The notes beneath the pieces were generated by a model. That model had not been told where the DNA came from. It saw only the letters and a list, made by a program, of their open reading frames with translations, and did no database searches. The position numbers and the translations under genes were made by a program. DNA of 64,000 nucleotides, the filler included, from Octopus bimaculoides (lineage: Eukaryota), in the NCBI RefSeq assembly GCF_001194135.2. It is 6 parts of 5 records of this genome, joined end to end, with 100 filler letters (N's around TTAATTAATTAA, not from the genome) between each part and the next. Parts side by side here need not be neighbours in the genome. Positions count along the whole stretch, not along the records: positions 24,209 to 52,672 come from NC_069001.1; 5 more parts are not named here. The stretch is one strand, 5' to 3'. Shown in pieces: positions 36,891 through 50,545 of this stretch. The first letter of the stretch is position 1. The number at the start of each line of letters is the position of its first letter.

Positions 36891-36921
36891 CCGGTGACCC
36901 ACTGGGTCACAGGTAGTCTAG
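36891..36921 (+). mobile_element. Helitron-type 3' terminus (non-autonomous element; 5' end not located)
   Basis: Hairpin gtgaccca-c-tgggtcac (36894-36910), then CTAG 36918-36921 followed by T. Confidence 0.65.
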
Positions 36922-37599
36922 TATATATAATATCTATCTATATATAATTAATTAATAAATCATATGGTATAGACCCGGTAGTTTACCAGTAAAGCACATT
37001 CACTTTCTCAGTGTTTGTTGGGTATTTGATTAATGAGAAAGATGGAAGATGGAAGTTACAAGAATGTTTATTGATCACTACAATTGTTTTGACCCATCTA
37101 GCATCGATCCCTCATGGATGGGATACTGAACATCTGGTTTAGGTCTGTATGTTGGTGTAGATGTGCGTGTATGTGTGTGTGTCATTTTGTCTAGAAAGCC
37201 AAGCCAGAGTAAATAAGATAACAAAAACTGCAAATAAATATAATGTAAAATGATATATTAAAAAACAACCAAAAAGCATTCAATTGTTTTGGTTGTCAAT
37301 TTGGTTGCTTCTTCAAATTGGACATTTTCTTTAAATACTGACAAAACTTTGGGTTTTGTCTTTAACATTCGTAATCTCTTTAAAACTGGCTTGAGAATTT
37401 TATCTCTCAATCTGATGATTCTTACAATAAAATATATTAGATTGGAAAAGAAGTTTTGTCATATTTCAAGATGGGAAAGAAACCAATGCTACTGTGGTCT
37501 CAGTTGATATATTTACTCAAAATAATATTTCCTTTCATTATAGATACATAAACCAATCTATTTGACAAAATGTTGGTCCTTTGGGTATAAAATTCCTCA

Positions 37600-38620
37600 G
37601 GACTCAAAGTTAAGTTACAAAACACTCAACATCGTTTTTAACCTCTTTACAATTAAACTATTTTCCTTTTAAAATAATATTGTAATGATCTGAAAAGGTG
37701 ATAGGCAGATGGAGCAAGTCAGGAGAGTTATAAGGAGAGACAAAACTTCCATATATAGTACACAATGTTTTTCTGAATGACTTTGGTAATATGTTGTTTT
37801 ACATCAGTGTGTAAGAGCAACATCTCTTTTTGACAGACCAGTGATGGGAGCTTTTTTACAAATTTTTATGCAATGTTTTCAATTAATACCAATGCATTAA
37901 CTGCTTCATTTTGGCTTAACACTTCATGATAGACAGCACTCTTTGTATTTCTCCAAACACAGAACATAACTTTTTAGTCCTGGTTTGGGGATGAAATCTC
38001 CTTTTTATCATTGTTATTTTCATTGTATATGATTATAGAGAACCCATTTTTCATCACTTTTGAGGATTCTACCCAGGAAAGGTTTGGTAGCAAATCTGCT
38101 CTTCAGTGATGATCAGAGGGCAATTAGGGTTAGGGTTAGTAATAATTTAGTAATAATATTAGAAATAATAGTTGAATATGATTAAGCAGAGAAGCAATCA
38201 GAAAATAGGAGACTCACTGACTGAGTTTAGGCAGTTTTCCTAGTTCATGAAGATGTTTTATGATCAAAATGTGATTTGAATTTATCTGTTTTGCCAATTC
38301 TTGTGTAGTTTGCTTTGGATTTTTCTCAACTACAGTTTTTCTCATCTACAGAAACTCAACATTGAAAGTACTTGCTTTATCCAGAGGAGAATGTTTGAGA
38401 GAATTTCCAGAGCAAAATTGGCCAAACTATCATTGGCATGCCTGCACACTTAAAGCTTCTCTTCCATAGACAGAATGAATATTTCTTTCAGCTTCCATTG
38501 CTGAAAAGTCCCTTTTAAGTTCATACAGCATGCTGTGTCTGACATAGGTTTGATTTTAAAGGGTTAAAACTGATACAAATTCAACAACTATGGTAAAGAA
38601 TGAAAAAGACATTAGAATGT
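37600..38620 (-). mobile_element. Heavily degraded mariner transposase
   Basis: Minus strand reads RHSMLYELKRDFSAMEAERNIHSVYG, VEKNPKQTTQELAKQ, KHLHELGK, PYNSPDLL; many frameshifts. Confidence 0.75.
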
Positions 38621-39430
38621 AAAGATTAATACTTATTTTACCATAAATATTGAGAAAGTACCCTCAAAGTGATCGTGTCAAAAATTATTTTTGAATTGTT
38701 TTAACAAAAATGCACACATACACACAACTCCACACAGACTCATACACACATGTGCGTATGGGGTGTGAGTGTGTGTGTGTGTGTGTATGTGTGTGTGTGT
38801 GTTGACTATGCCTTTACAAGGAGCCAGTATAGCACATTTTGACATACTACATAAAGCAAAACTTGATTGAAAAAAAGCATAAGTGGATAATAATTACCAT
38901 CCTATATAAAATTCCACAAAAAAAAAAAAGAAAACAGGTGTTTAATGATGCAAATAATACACACAGTTAAAGGACATGTGAAAGAAACCATTACAAACCA
39001 AGCATTTAAGTATTAAACAATTTCGAATCTGGTGATGATGATGATTGTTGTTGTGACATCCTGCCAATGGTCCTTTGCTAACCTTCTGATAAAATGTGAC
39101 ACCAAAGTCCAAAAATGACACCTTGTGTTGCAACCAAAAGAACTTCTTTGTGAAAAAAAACCCATTTTAGACACAAATGTTAAATTTACATAAAATTAAT
39201 TTCATAAAGAGGAGCAAGATGAATTCTAACTGTTGGAGGAAGATGAGGAAAGGGAGGGAAAGTAGTAGTAATTGTTTAGGTGAGCACTAGTTGAACAGGC
39301 CTATATTTTACTTATCTACAGGAAACACAGGACCATATTATCTAAGATGATGTTTCTAAGAGAGTGAGGGAATTTGGCTCCTTTTTCTAGCAGATTTAGC
39401 GACATCATAGAGGTTAACATGTTGCCTCAC

Positions 39431-39431
39431 A

Positions 39432-39475
<44 letters not shown>
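39431..39475. repeat. (TAG)n microsatellite
   Basis: Direct reading of the sequence. Confidence 0.95.
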
Positions 39476-39607
39476 AGATGGTGATGTTGAGGAAGAGAGG
39501 AAGACACGGCTTAGAAAATAAAACAAATATTTAACCAAGACAAAAAATTCTTTATATTTTCAAGTTGCTAAAAATTGCTAATTATTATTTCTAAAACTTG
39601 CAGCCAA

Positions 39608-40965
39608 TCATCATCATCATCATCATCGTTTAACGTCCGCTTTCCATGCTAGCATGGGTTGGACGATTTGACTGAGGACTGGTGAAACCGGATGGCAACA
39701 CTAGGCTCCAATCTAATTTGGCAGAGTTTCTACAGCTGGATGCCCTTCCTAACGCCAACCACTCAGAGAGTGTAGTGGGTGCTTTTACGTGTCACCCACA
39801 CGAAAACGGCCACGCTNNNNNNNNNNNNNNNNNNNNNNNNNNNNNNNNNNNNNNNNNNNNNNNNNNNNNNNNNNNNNNNNNNNNNNNNNNNNNNNNNNNN
39901 NNNNNNNNNNNNNNNNNNNNNNNNNNNNNNNNNNNNNNNNNNNNNNNNNNNNNNNNNNNNNNNNNNNNNNNNNNNNNNNNNNNNNNNNNNNNNNNNNNNN
40001 NNNNNNNNNNNNNNNNNNNNNNNNNNNNNNNNNNNNNNNNNNNNNNNNNNNNNNNNNNNNNNNNNNNNNNNNNNNNNNNNNNNNNNNNNNNNNNNNNNNN
40101 NNNNNNNNNNNNNNNNNNNNNNNNNNNNNNNNNNNNNNNNNNNNNNNNNNNNNNNNNNNNNNNNNNNNNNNNNNNNNNNNNNNNNNNNNNNNNNNNNNNN
40201 NNNNNNNNNNNNNNNNNNNNNNNNNNNNNNNNNNNNNNNNNNNNNNNNNNNNNNNNNNNNNNNNNNNNNNNNNNNNNNNNNNNNNNNNNNNNNNNNNNNN
40301 NNNNNNNNNNNNNNNNNNNNNNNNNNNNNNNNNNNNNNNNNNNNNNNNNNNNNNNNNNNNNNNNNNNNNNNNNNNNNNNNNNNNNNNNNNNNNNNNNNNN
40401 NNNNNNNNNNNNNNNNNNNNNNNNNNNNNNNNNNNNNNNNNNNNNNNNNNNNNNNNNNNNNNNNNNNNNNNNNNNNNNNNNNNNNNNNNNNNNNNNNNNN
40501 NNNNNNNNNNNNNNNNNNNNNNNNNNNNNNNNNNNNNNNNNNNNNNNNNNNNNNNNNNNNNNNNNNNNNNNNNNNNNNNGAGTGAGAGTCCCTTTGTCGC
40601 CAGCAGGGGTAAGAGCTCTCTAAACTTTGTCCAGGCTATTCTTATTCTAGCAGCTACACTTTCAGCGCACCCACCCCCACTACTAACTTGGTCGCCCAGA
40701 TAGCGGAAGCTATCGACTACCTCTAGTTTTTCACCCTGGAATGAGATAGAAGCTGTTTCCTGTTTGTTTACAGTCTTTATTGCACCTGAACATCTGCCAC
40801 AAACAAAAATTAACTTGCTAGTTAACCTGCCTTTGATGTTGCTGCACCTCTTATGGGTCCATAGCTTGCACCGGGTACATCTTATAGAGTTACTACCTAC
40901 TCCTTTTCTACATACTGAGCAAGGCCATCTACCTGAAGGGGTTTGTTTTAGGTATCATTAGAAAT
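39608..40965 (-). mobile_element. RTE-clade LINE, 5'-truncated, spanning a gap; RT with PHD-like finger and (GAT)n tail
   Basis: 40580-40960 reads on minus WPCSVCRKGVGSNSIRCTRCKLWTHKRCSNIKGRLTSKLIFVCGRC...LEVVDSFRYLGDQVSSGGGCAESVAARIRIAWTKFRELLPLL without stops; 39608-39816 is the RTE 3' end (catcatcatcgtttaacgtccgctttccatgc...). Joining across the gap is inferred. Confidence 0.88.
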
Positions 40966-41099
40966 GAAACCTCTTCCTTCAGCATTCATCCCTTTATATC
41001 TATCCCCCTTGCTCTCTCTCTTTCTCTCTCTCTATATATATATGCATAAATGAGTTTAAAGGGATATGTTATCCTGATGGTTACCATGTTTCCTTTGAA

Positions 41100-42240
41100 T
41101 ATGGTTTTAGATACCTGCTAATCACAATGGTGCTTTTGTGGTACCCAAGCTAACAATAAGTTGTGAGTCTCAGATAACTTTTCTTGCTTGATAAATGTGA
41201 GTGTCCTATTCAGGACTGCATACTTTTCATAGAGTAAGTAATAGTATTAATAATGATCAGGAGAATGGAGATTTTTTTCACATCCATAATTTTATTTAAC
41301 AGTTATTTACAGTGTCCTTTTCTGGACTTACGTATGTTTCAACTGCATCAACTGCACACTGCTAGATATGCAACCTGGTGTCATGATCCGTGCATTTTCA
41401 TTAGGGTCCTTACTTTCTGCCATTTCAAAGTGAAACTGAAGGAATCAGCAAACTTAATAAATAAAGTGTTTTTTAGGAGTTATGTTTTTAGGAGGTATGA
41501 GTGCTACTATTAATAGTTGTAGGAATCTTGACCTAGGGTTTACCTCTACTAAATGTGGTAGGTGAAGCAAAACATAGTCCTAAAAATAAGCCATGATTGA
41601 ATTGAATGATTAGTACATTTCATCTATGCACAAGCTGCATATTTTATCCCAGCCAATTGAATATATTTTGTTATTATCTTTCAGCGACCAAATTAATTTA
41701 CTAAGGCTAGTATAATTTTTTTTGTTCCTATATCTGAAAGAATTTTCATGGTTAGCTATTCTTTGTTTAATAAAACATGAACAGGTACCTGTATATAAAT
41801 ACACTCTGTCTTCTGATATAACTTTGCATCTGTAAACCACATTTTTAATCTTACATTCGAAGTTTAAAGGACATTCTCTATTTCTTGTGCAATCACAGAT
41901 GTTAGCTCTTCTAATTCTATTATTATTTTCTATGTTGGTCTCATTAAGGGTAATCTCTGACTTATTTTGCCTATTTTCCAGGTTATTTCTTCTATTCCCA
42001 TTGATGACATTCTGGGTATTGCACTTTCTAGCGTTCTTGCCTTCCCTTCCTACTCTCATGTTTGAGCTAGTTATGGTTGCTTCCCTTCTGCTATAGCTAT
42101 TTCTCTTACCCTTAGCTTGGTTAATTATTTTAACATTGTTACTATTTATTGCTAATCCACTATTTATATTTGGGTTATATTCATAGTGAATAATAAAGTC
42201 TCATGAATTCCATTTTCTTTCTCTCATATTTTTATAAATT
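41100..42240 (-). mobile_element. Penelope-like element 3' part (GIY-YIG endonuclease)
   Basis: ORF 42059-41610: CDCTRNRECPLNFECKIKNVVYRCKV...YTGTCSCFIKQRIANHENSF...TSLSKLIWSLKD...WDKICSLC. Confidence 0.88.
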
Positions 42241-42469
42241 CTATGGACACAAAAGAATTCCTGAAGTAAATCCATTGGGATATACCTCTAGACGATTGAT
42301 GACATCAAATAGCCAAATACTATGAACGGGCTTTAAATGGCATACTACAAGGTGTATACTTGAATGTCCGAATGTAAAATTATTACATACATAGATAGGA
42401 GTGTATCTTGCATACATATGCACATACATACATGCACATATACAGATGTGGGGTAGCAGAGAATCATGC

Positions 42470-42860
42470 CAGTAGCTCAAAGAGAAGCTCGGCGACAGAT
42501 GACAAATATATTTAGCAAAAGGAAAAGAAGAGGTCTGCCAATGTTCTACAGTATGAGGACCATAGGTTAGAGGTGTTCCAGATTGTAAGAAAGTGCATTA
42601 GTGAAACTCAAGATAATGTGGGTGAGAAGTATGTACAGAATGATAATGGTACATAAGTACTTAGTGATTTTGAAAAGACAGAGGCCTGGAAGTGCTACTA
42701 TTAAAGGTTACTAAAATTCAACAGTGTAGGGAAGAAAATGAGTCTTTCCAGCACAGATCCGACAACAGGACATGCTATCCGAGTTGACAGTTGCATGATA
42801 GATATGGCAATGAAGGATATGAACACATGGAAAGCCCCTCACAGCGACTTTGAAGTTTTG
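42470..42860 (+). mobile_element. RTE LINE ORF2 fragment (EN-RT linker)
   Basis: REARRQ...EDHRLEVFQIVRKC...DNVGEKYVQNDNG...KTEAWKCYY*RLL...IRVDSCMIDMAMKDMNTWKAP. Confidence 0.8.
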
Positions 42861-43104
42861 CCAGTAATGGCTTGTTAGACTGATGGGCTGTTTCCAGTGA
42901 AACAAAAGTCAGAGACATTCTGTATTTCAGTTTAAATGATAATAATAATAGTCAGTTACTGCTACTACTATTTATATTTTTGCTTGAGCCCCATAAATTT
43001 TGGCCAGAGGAATAAGATTGTAAAAAGGTTTGCTCTTTCAAACATTACTAGACATTCATACATAACATACCCCTGATGCAGTCTTTCAGTTTCTTAGATT
43101 TAAA

Positions 43105-44930
43105 TTATGTCTCAAGGATCCCTTCAAAGGTAGCTTGGCATCAAATTTTCAATCTATAACCTGTTTACCACTAATGTGGAAGCTTATGACCGGTGTCTTA
43201 GTGGAAAAACTATATAATCATCTGGAAAGTAACAATTTACTTTCGGAAGATCAGAAAGGATGCAGGAAACAAAGTAGGGCAACAAAAGACCAGAGCATAG
43301 CTACTAGAATAAGAATAGGACTTTAAAAGATCAGAGATCTCCTACCTCTGCTGGTAACAAAGGGCTTCTCACTCAGAATGAAAGGCAGACTGTATGATGC
43401 CTGTGTGCGAACAGCCATGTTACATGGCAGTGAAACATGGGCTGTGACTGTTGAGGACTTGCATAGGCTTATAAGAAATGAAGCTAATATGCTCTGCTGG
43501 ATGTGTAATGTCAGTGTGCATGCATGATAGAGTGTAAGTGTCCTGAGAGGAAGTTGGACATAAGAAGCATCAGATGTGTGAAAGAGAGACGACTGCACTG
43601 GTATGGTCATGTGTTGTGAATGGATGAGTACAGCTGTATGAAAAAGTGCTTCACCCTAGCAGTTGAGGGAACCCAAGATGACATGGGACGAGCTGGTGAA
43701 GCATGGTCTTTGAATGTTGGGCCTCATAGAGGTAATGACAGCAACCGAGACCTTTGGAAATATGCCATGCTTGAGAAGATCCGCCAAGCCAAGTGAAATC
43801 GTAGTTGTGGCCAATGCCATTGTCATGTAACTGGCCTGTTAAAAGCACCCTTCAATCATTGGGCAATATTCTTTGCTTGCAAAGACCTGTTGAAGCGAGT
43901 GAAATCATAGTCATGGCTGATGCCACAGCCATCTGACTGGCACCTGTGCTGGTGGCACATAAAAAGCACTGTTCGAATGTTGGGCCTCATGGAGGTAGTG
44001 ATGTCAAGCCAAGTGAGATTGTAGTTGTGGCCGATGACAGTGTCAAGTAACTGGCCTGTTGAAAGCACTCTTCAATCATTGGGTGATATGCTGTGCTTAT
44101 GAAGACCTGTTGAATCGAGTGAAATTGTAAGCATGGCCAATGGCAGTGCTGTCTAACTGGCAATTGTGCCAGTGGCACATAAAAAGCCCTGTTCAAGGCA
44201 GTGATAGGTGAACAGGACCTTTTATGATATACCTTGCTTGTGTAGACTTGTCAAGCCAAGTGAGATTGTAGTCATGGCCGGTGCCGGGTGCTTGGCACCC
44301 GTGCCAGTGGCACATAAAAAATACTCATTACACTCTTGGAGTGGTTGGTGTTAGGAAGGTCATCCAGCCATATAAACCTTGCTAAATCAAATTGGAACCT
44401 GGTGCAGCCCCTGGCTTACCAGTTTTCAGTCAAACCATCCAACCCATGCCAGCATGGAAAGCAGATTTCAAATGATGATGATGTAGACACAGACTTATGG
44501 GACTGAATTTAGCATGGTTAGATTACTAAAAAGCAAGCATCATGGTATCACACAGTTGGATAAGTAAAACAATGAGCATGTTTGGAGTGGCAGAAAATAT
44601 GGAGAAAGTGATTAATGAAAGTATGCAATATTGAAATACTGAATTGATTGGCAGAAAGCAAAAACCTGGAAAAGTGAACATAAAATGTGAAATATTTCGA
44701 TACTATTTGTATTGGCCATGATACCACTCAGTTAAAATAGCTAACAATTTGGGAAAAAGATAAGGTCAGACAAATCATCTTTTTATGGGCTATATAATGA
44801 TTTATGCTAAAAATAAGAAACAGCTTGAAATTCTTGTACATACTGTTCACATTTTCTCAAATGATGTAGGTATGGAATTTGAGATGGCAAAATGAACTAT
44901 GTTGAAAATGTAACGAGAAGGAAGCTGAGG
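43105..44930 (+). mobile_element. R4/Dong-type LINE RT fragment split by an RTE insertion (43105-43295 and 44490-44930)
   Basis: [18 protein letters not shown]...[25 protein letters not shown], resuming LAWLDY*KA..MVSHSWI...MFGVAEN...NHLFM...YAKN...IFSNDVGMEF. Confidence 0.85.
43296..44485 (+). mobile_element. RTE LINE 3' end (RT C-terminus + tandemly repeated 3' UTR + (GAT)n tail)
   Basis: RIRI...LLPLLVTKGFSLRMKGRLYDACVRTAMLHGSETWAVTVEDL; ~110-bp repeat units 43790-44330; tail aaatgatgatgatg. Confidence 0.92.
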
Positions 44931-44994
44931 TATAATGACACACAACCTGACTGTAAAAGATCTATGTGTTGGAGATCAACAAACACAACAATGT

Positions 44995-45098
<104 letters not shown>

Positions 45099-45548
45099 GT
45101 ATCTGAATGTGTATGCGTGTTCTGTTTAACATATTTTGTGTGGTTAATTTAAATGTCTTTATGTTTCTTATTTCACTTGGAACCAATTAAATTGGTTCCA
45201 GGTAAAAAGTCAAAAATGAATAAAAAAACAACGAATTAAAGAAATCAAAATCTATCGTTTTCTTTCATTTTTCTTGAAATAGAAATTTTCAGGTTTTTCG
45301 AGAAAATATTTATTTTTGTAAATAGATCTATTTTATAGTCTGGAATGGTAGAAGGTGATATGTCTTCTACTTAACAAAGCAATTGAAAATGAATATAAAT
45401 ATATACATACATGCATACATATACACATATATACAGATGTATATACTTATACATATAACGTCATCATCATCATCATTATTATTTTTTTATTATTATTGTC
45501 ATTATGACTATTATTAATTGGTATTTGCATATGATGTGCACATATATG

Positions 45549-45587
<39 letters not shown>

Positions 45588-46060
45588 CCATTTCATAAGC
45601 AAGCAATGTCTTCTACTCATTATTATTTTAGCTGAGTTTTTCTATCAACATCTTTCTGTTTCCAATTATTTTTGATGATAAATTCTTGAGAATAACATAA
45701 AACAAGAACCATATTAAAATAAGAGAAAATGTTTTCTTCCACACCCTTTGACTGATATGAAAAGAAATATAGAAATAAGTGTAGAGAATGACAAAGATCT
45801 TGTCTAGTGTTGTTTGAGATGAAGGTCTAGAGGACAATGACTAATATCTTGACATGGGCAGCTATGCATGCTATGATCCACATCCTGTGATAGCTGGAGA
45901 GAAAGAGAAAGAGCTGTACCAGCATTGGGCTGATACTTTTTATATCAACCCTGAAAGAATAAAAGGCAAAGTGGACCTTGGCTGGATTTGAACTTGGAAT
46001 GAGATCTGGAATATTCTATCTGATACTTTTCCTCAATCAACCAACTTATCAAGCTTATAT

Positions 46061-46468
46061 ATACTCTCTTTTTACTCTTTTACTTGTTTCAGTCATTTGA
46101 CGGCGGCCATGCTGGAGCACCGCCTTTAGTCGAACAAATCAACCCCAGGACTTATTCTTTGGAAGCCTAGTACTTATTCTATTGGTCTCTTTTGCCGAAC
46201 CGCTAAGTTACAGGGACGTAAACACACCAGCATCGGTTGTCAAGCGATGTTGTGGGGACAAACACAGACACAAACATACACACACATATACATATATACA
46301 TATACGATGGGCTTCTTTCAGTTTCTGTCTACCAAATCCACTCACAAGGCTTTGGTCGGCCCGAGGCTATAGTAGAAGACACTTGCCCAAGGTGCCATGC
46401 AGTGGCAATGAACCTGGAACCATGTGGTTGGTAAGCAAGCTACTTACCACACAGCCACTCCTATGCCT
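46061..46468 (-). mobile_element. Full-length dominant SINE
   Basis: Same sequence as 23133-23535. Confidence 0.95.
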
Positions 46469-46739
46469 ATGTTCACCATCAGTGTGTGAATTATGTTAAA
46501 ATGATTTATTATTGTTTAAGAGTAAAGTGTGGCAAATTGCTCCACCATCCCAAACCAACATAACTGTAGGGATGTTATCTATATGTATCTCTGAGGATAA
46601 TGCCCCAGTATGGCCACATTCTACTGACTGAAACCAGTAAAAATAAATAAAATCAGAGCTACAAAGTAGGACAATTTATTATGTTTGACCCTTTAGCATT
46701 CAGATTATTTTCTCAAATGTTTTGTTTTATTATTCAAAT

Positions 46740-47564
46740 TGGTTTGAATATTAATTCAAGATAATGCATTATCTTATAGCATTGAACTGAATCAACTGAT
46801 TTGTACTTCTTAATGACTGATGGAATCTTATTCATTAGTTCATGGTTAATCCTTGCTACTGTCTCATTTTTTGGAGCAAGAATTTCCCTTTCACACAACC
46901 ATTTCTGTGAATTATGATTATTACTTCTTAAATCTGGAAATACTCTGTTCTTCAATTCAACTGGGGAATTCACCATGATAGTAATATGAGCCAAACTGAT
47001 ATCACCATTCCCATCAAATGATACTTTCCCATTTCCTAATTGGAGGAGCCAGGTTGAAAACTGTTTTGCACATTGGACCCTATGTAGTAAAGCTCGCACG
47101 TTAGTATCGAAGGAGAATTTCAGAACTTTATTCCAAAGGTGTGAAGACTTGATGCATGGTTTTATTTCACCAGATCTTGTTCATCTCGGAATGACTGGTA
47201 ATGTTTGTCTGAAGTCTCCTGATAAAACTAATGTAACGCCTCCCATAGATTTATTGTTGCCTCTGATGTCCTGTAAAGTATTACCAAGAGCTCCCATTGC
47301 ACCTCTATGTGACATGGTGCATTCATCCCAAATAATCAGGTGGCATTGGTGCAAAACTTCTGCTGAACTTAAACCTTTGCTTAAGTTACAGATTGGACTG
47401 TCATTTGTGACCAGGTTCAGTGGTAATTTAAAAGCAGAATGAGCTGTTCATCCACTTGAGAGAATGGTGGCAGCAAAGCCAGACAATGGTGTAGCAACTG
47501 CAATTCTTTTTTGCTGCCATACTTTGGAGAGAAGCAATGTTACAAATATTTTACCTGTCACCAG
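46740..47564 (-). mobile_element. Second Helitron helicase remnant
   Basis: DAPG remnant; AHSAFKLPLNL, LIIWDECTMSH, GGVTLVLSGDFRQTLPVIP, WLLQLGNG, WLCEREILAPKNETV. Confidence 0.92.
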
Positions 47565-47810
47565 GAGCATCATCATCATCATCATCATCATCGTTTAACG
47601 TCCGCTTTCCATGCTAGCATGGGTTGGACGATTTGACTGAGGACTGGTGAAACCGGATGGCTACACCAGGCTCCAGTCTAATTTGGCAGAGTTTCTACAG
47701 CTGGATGCCCTTCCTAACGCCAACCACTCAGAGAGTGTAGTGGGTGCTTTTAAGTGTCACCCGCACGAAAACGGCCACGCTCGAAATGGTGTCTTTTATG
47801 TGCCACCCGC
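47565..47810 (-). mobile_element. Young RTE LINE 3' end, runs into a gap
   Basis: (CAT)n-cgtttaacgtccgctttccatgctagcatgggttggacg..., nearly identical to 39608 and 52461. Confidence 0.92.
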
Positions 47811-48396
47811 NNNNNNNNNNNNNNNNNNNNNNNNNNNNNNNNNNNNNNNNNNNNNNNNNNNNNNNNNNNNNNNNNNNNNNNNNNNNNNNNNNNNNNNNNN
47901 NNNNNNNNNNNNNNNNNNNNNNNNNNNNNNNNNNNNNNNNNNNNNNNNNNNNNNNNNNNNNNNNNNNNNNNNNNNNNNNNNNNNNNNNNNNNNNNNNNNN
48001 NNNNNNNNNNNNNNNNNNNNNNNNNNNNNNNNNNNNNNNNNNNNNNNNNNNNNNNNNNNNNNNNNNNNNNNNNNNNNNNNNNNNNNNNNNNNNNNNNNNN
48101 NNNNNNNNNNNNNNNNNNNNNNNNNNNNNNNNNNNNNNNNNNNNNNNNNNNNNNNNNNNNNNNNNNNNNNNNNNNNNNNNNNNNNNNNNNNNNNNNNNNN
48201 NNNNNNNNNNNNNNNNNNNNNNNNNNNNNNNNNNNNNNNNNNNNNNNNNNNNNNNNNNNNNNNNNNNNNNNNNNNNNNNNNNNNNNNNNNNNNNNNNNNN
48301 NNNNNNNNNNNNNNNNNNNNNNNNNNNNNNNNNNNNNNNNNNNNNNNNNNNNNNNNNNNNNNNNNNNNNNNNNNNNNNNNNNNNNNNNNNNNNNNN

Positions 48397-48459
<63 letters not shown>

Positions 48460-49329
48460 TATACATACAGTATCAAATATCAGATGAAATAGACGTGTGT
48501 GTGTGTGTGTGTTTGAGAGCGAGAAAGCAAGTGAAGGGGTGTGTTGTCATGTATGCGTACATACATAAATAAATAGGTATACATCTTTCTTGTATGTATG
48601 TGTGCGTGTATGTGTGTGTGTGTGAAAGAGAGAGAGAGACATCAATCTCTGTCTCTCTCTCACACACACACACATACATACAAAAAAGATGTATGCATAT
48701 GTATTTATGTATGTACGTATACATGACAACATAACCCTTCACTTACTTGCACACACACACATACATAAATGTATACGAACGTACATACAAAAACACACGT
48801 GTGTGTGTGTAACTGACTTCAAATACATAGAGCTGAAGACAGCATGCAAAAAGAAAATGAATAAAAATTTTCATGGAAATTAACGAAGTGCGCAAGTTCA
48901 AGCAAAATAATGTCTATATTTTTTGGACGTCCCACGTTGAATTACAAAATTTTAATGTGATATTTGTGTAATAACAAAATCAAACCTGGTGTGTGTGTGT
49001 GCGTGAGAGAGAGAGAGAGAAAGAGAGAGGGAGAGAGAAAGAAAGAGAGAAAGAGAACATTGCAAACAATGAATGAGATAAATATGGAATGAAAAAATTG
49101 TATAAATAAAAGCACATTGAAAACTATCTTGCACCAAATATTTAAATTTGTGAACTTAGCAAATATTTCTTTCAGTAATTTANNNNNNNNNNNNNNNNNN
49201 NNNNNNNNNNNNNNNNNNNNNNNNNNNNNNNNNNNNNNNNNNNNNNNNNNNNNNNNNNNNNNNNNNNNNNNNNNNNNNNNNNATATATACATATATATAT
49301 ACATATATACATATATATATATACATATA

Positions 49330-49495
49330 TGTGTGTGTGTCTGTCTGTCTTTGTCCCACCCGAACGTCACTTGACAACCAATGCTGGTGCGTTTACATCC
49401 CTGTAACTTAGCGGTTCGGCGAAAGAAACTGCTGGAATAAGTACTAGGCTTACAAAGAATAAGTCTTGAGGTTGATTTGCTCAACTAAGGGTGGT
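49330..49495 (+). mobile_element. 3' half of the dominant SINE
   Basis: cacttgacaacc...ccctgtaacttagcggttcggcgaaag...aagtactaggcttacaaagaataagtc. Confidence 0.88.
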
Positions 49496-49499
49496 GCAG

Positions 49500-50545
49500 T
49501 TCAATTGTAACAGTTATTTTTCAAAACTCTAATGGAAATGACAAAGGAGCATATTTGGCATATTTTGCTTTGTGAGTTCAATAAAGGCAACAATGCAATG
49601 GAAAGTGCAAGGAACATTAATGCAGTATATGGGGATCAGATAATAAGCGTAGTCCAGTGTCAATGGTGGGCCCAGAAATTCTGAGCTGGAAACAGCCTAC
49701 AAGATGAGCTTTGTCCTGGAAGATCTGTAGAGCTCAACGAGGATGTCCTGCAAACCCTGGTGGAACAAAATCGTATTGTAACTGTTGAGGAACTAGCAGA
49801 GAAGCTTGGATTTGGTCATTCAACCATTCATCGATTCCTGTGTGCCATTGGAAAAGTCACGTCTCATGAATGAATCTTTTTTCAACTGAATAGTGACTGG
49901 TGATGAGAAATGGGTTCTCTATAAAAATGTCAAGCACCGAAGACAGTGAGTAGAGAAAGGAGAAACACCGGCATTTCAGGCTTAAGAAGACCCATGTAAG
50001 GTGTTGTTATCTGTTTGGTGGGATATGAAAGGTTTAGTCCACTTTGAACTTTTAAGCCCAAACCAATTGATAACAAAAGAAATCTACTGTGAGCAGCATG
50101 AGTGGCTTAAGTCAGTGTTAGAAGAAAAACGACCATCATTGGTTTCAAAACGAAGGGTGTTCTTCCATCAGGATAATGCTCAGCCACATACAGTGAGGAT
50201 AACATTCCAAAGGCTGGAGCAGTTTGAATGGGAAACATAATCCACCCACCATATTCACCAGACATTGCCCCATCTGATTATCATTTATTCTGCAGTCTTC
50301 AAAATCATTTGGACAGAAAAAATATGAATTCTATAGACGAGGTCAGAACAGTACTGGAGGAGTATTTTTCATCACAGACAAGTGAATTTTGGAAGAGGGG
50401 CCTTGCAAATCTACCAGATAGATGAAAGAGCATTGTAGAAAATGAAGGAGAGTGTATTTTAGATTAAAAAAGAACTTTGTTTATCTTAATTTTGAAAAAT
50501 AAATGAAGTCTAAAAACACCACATTATTTATAGGATGACCCAATA
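49500..50545 (+). mobile_element. Mariner remnant of the same family as 29131, with right TIR and an internal deletion
   Basis: IVTGDEKWV, FFHQDNAQPH, HPPYSPDIAPSDYHLF; right TIR cattatttataggatgacccaata (ends 50545); about 90 bp containing WVPHxL is missing relative to copy 1. Confidence 0.95.
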
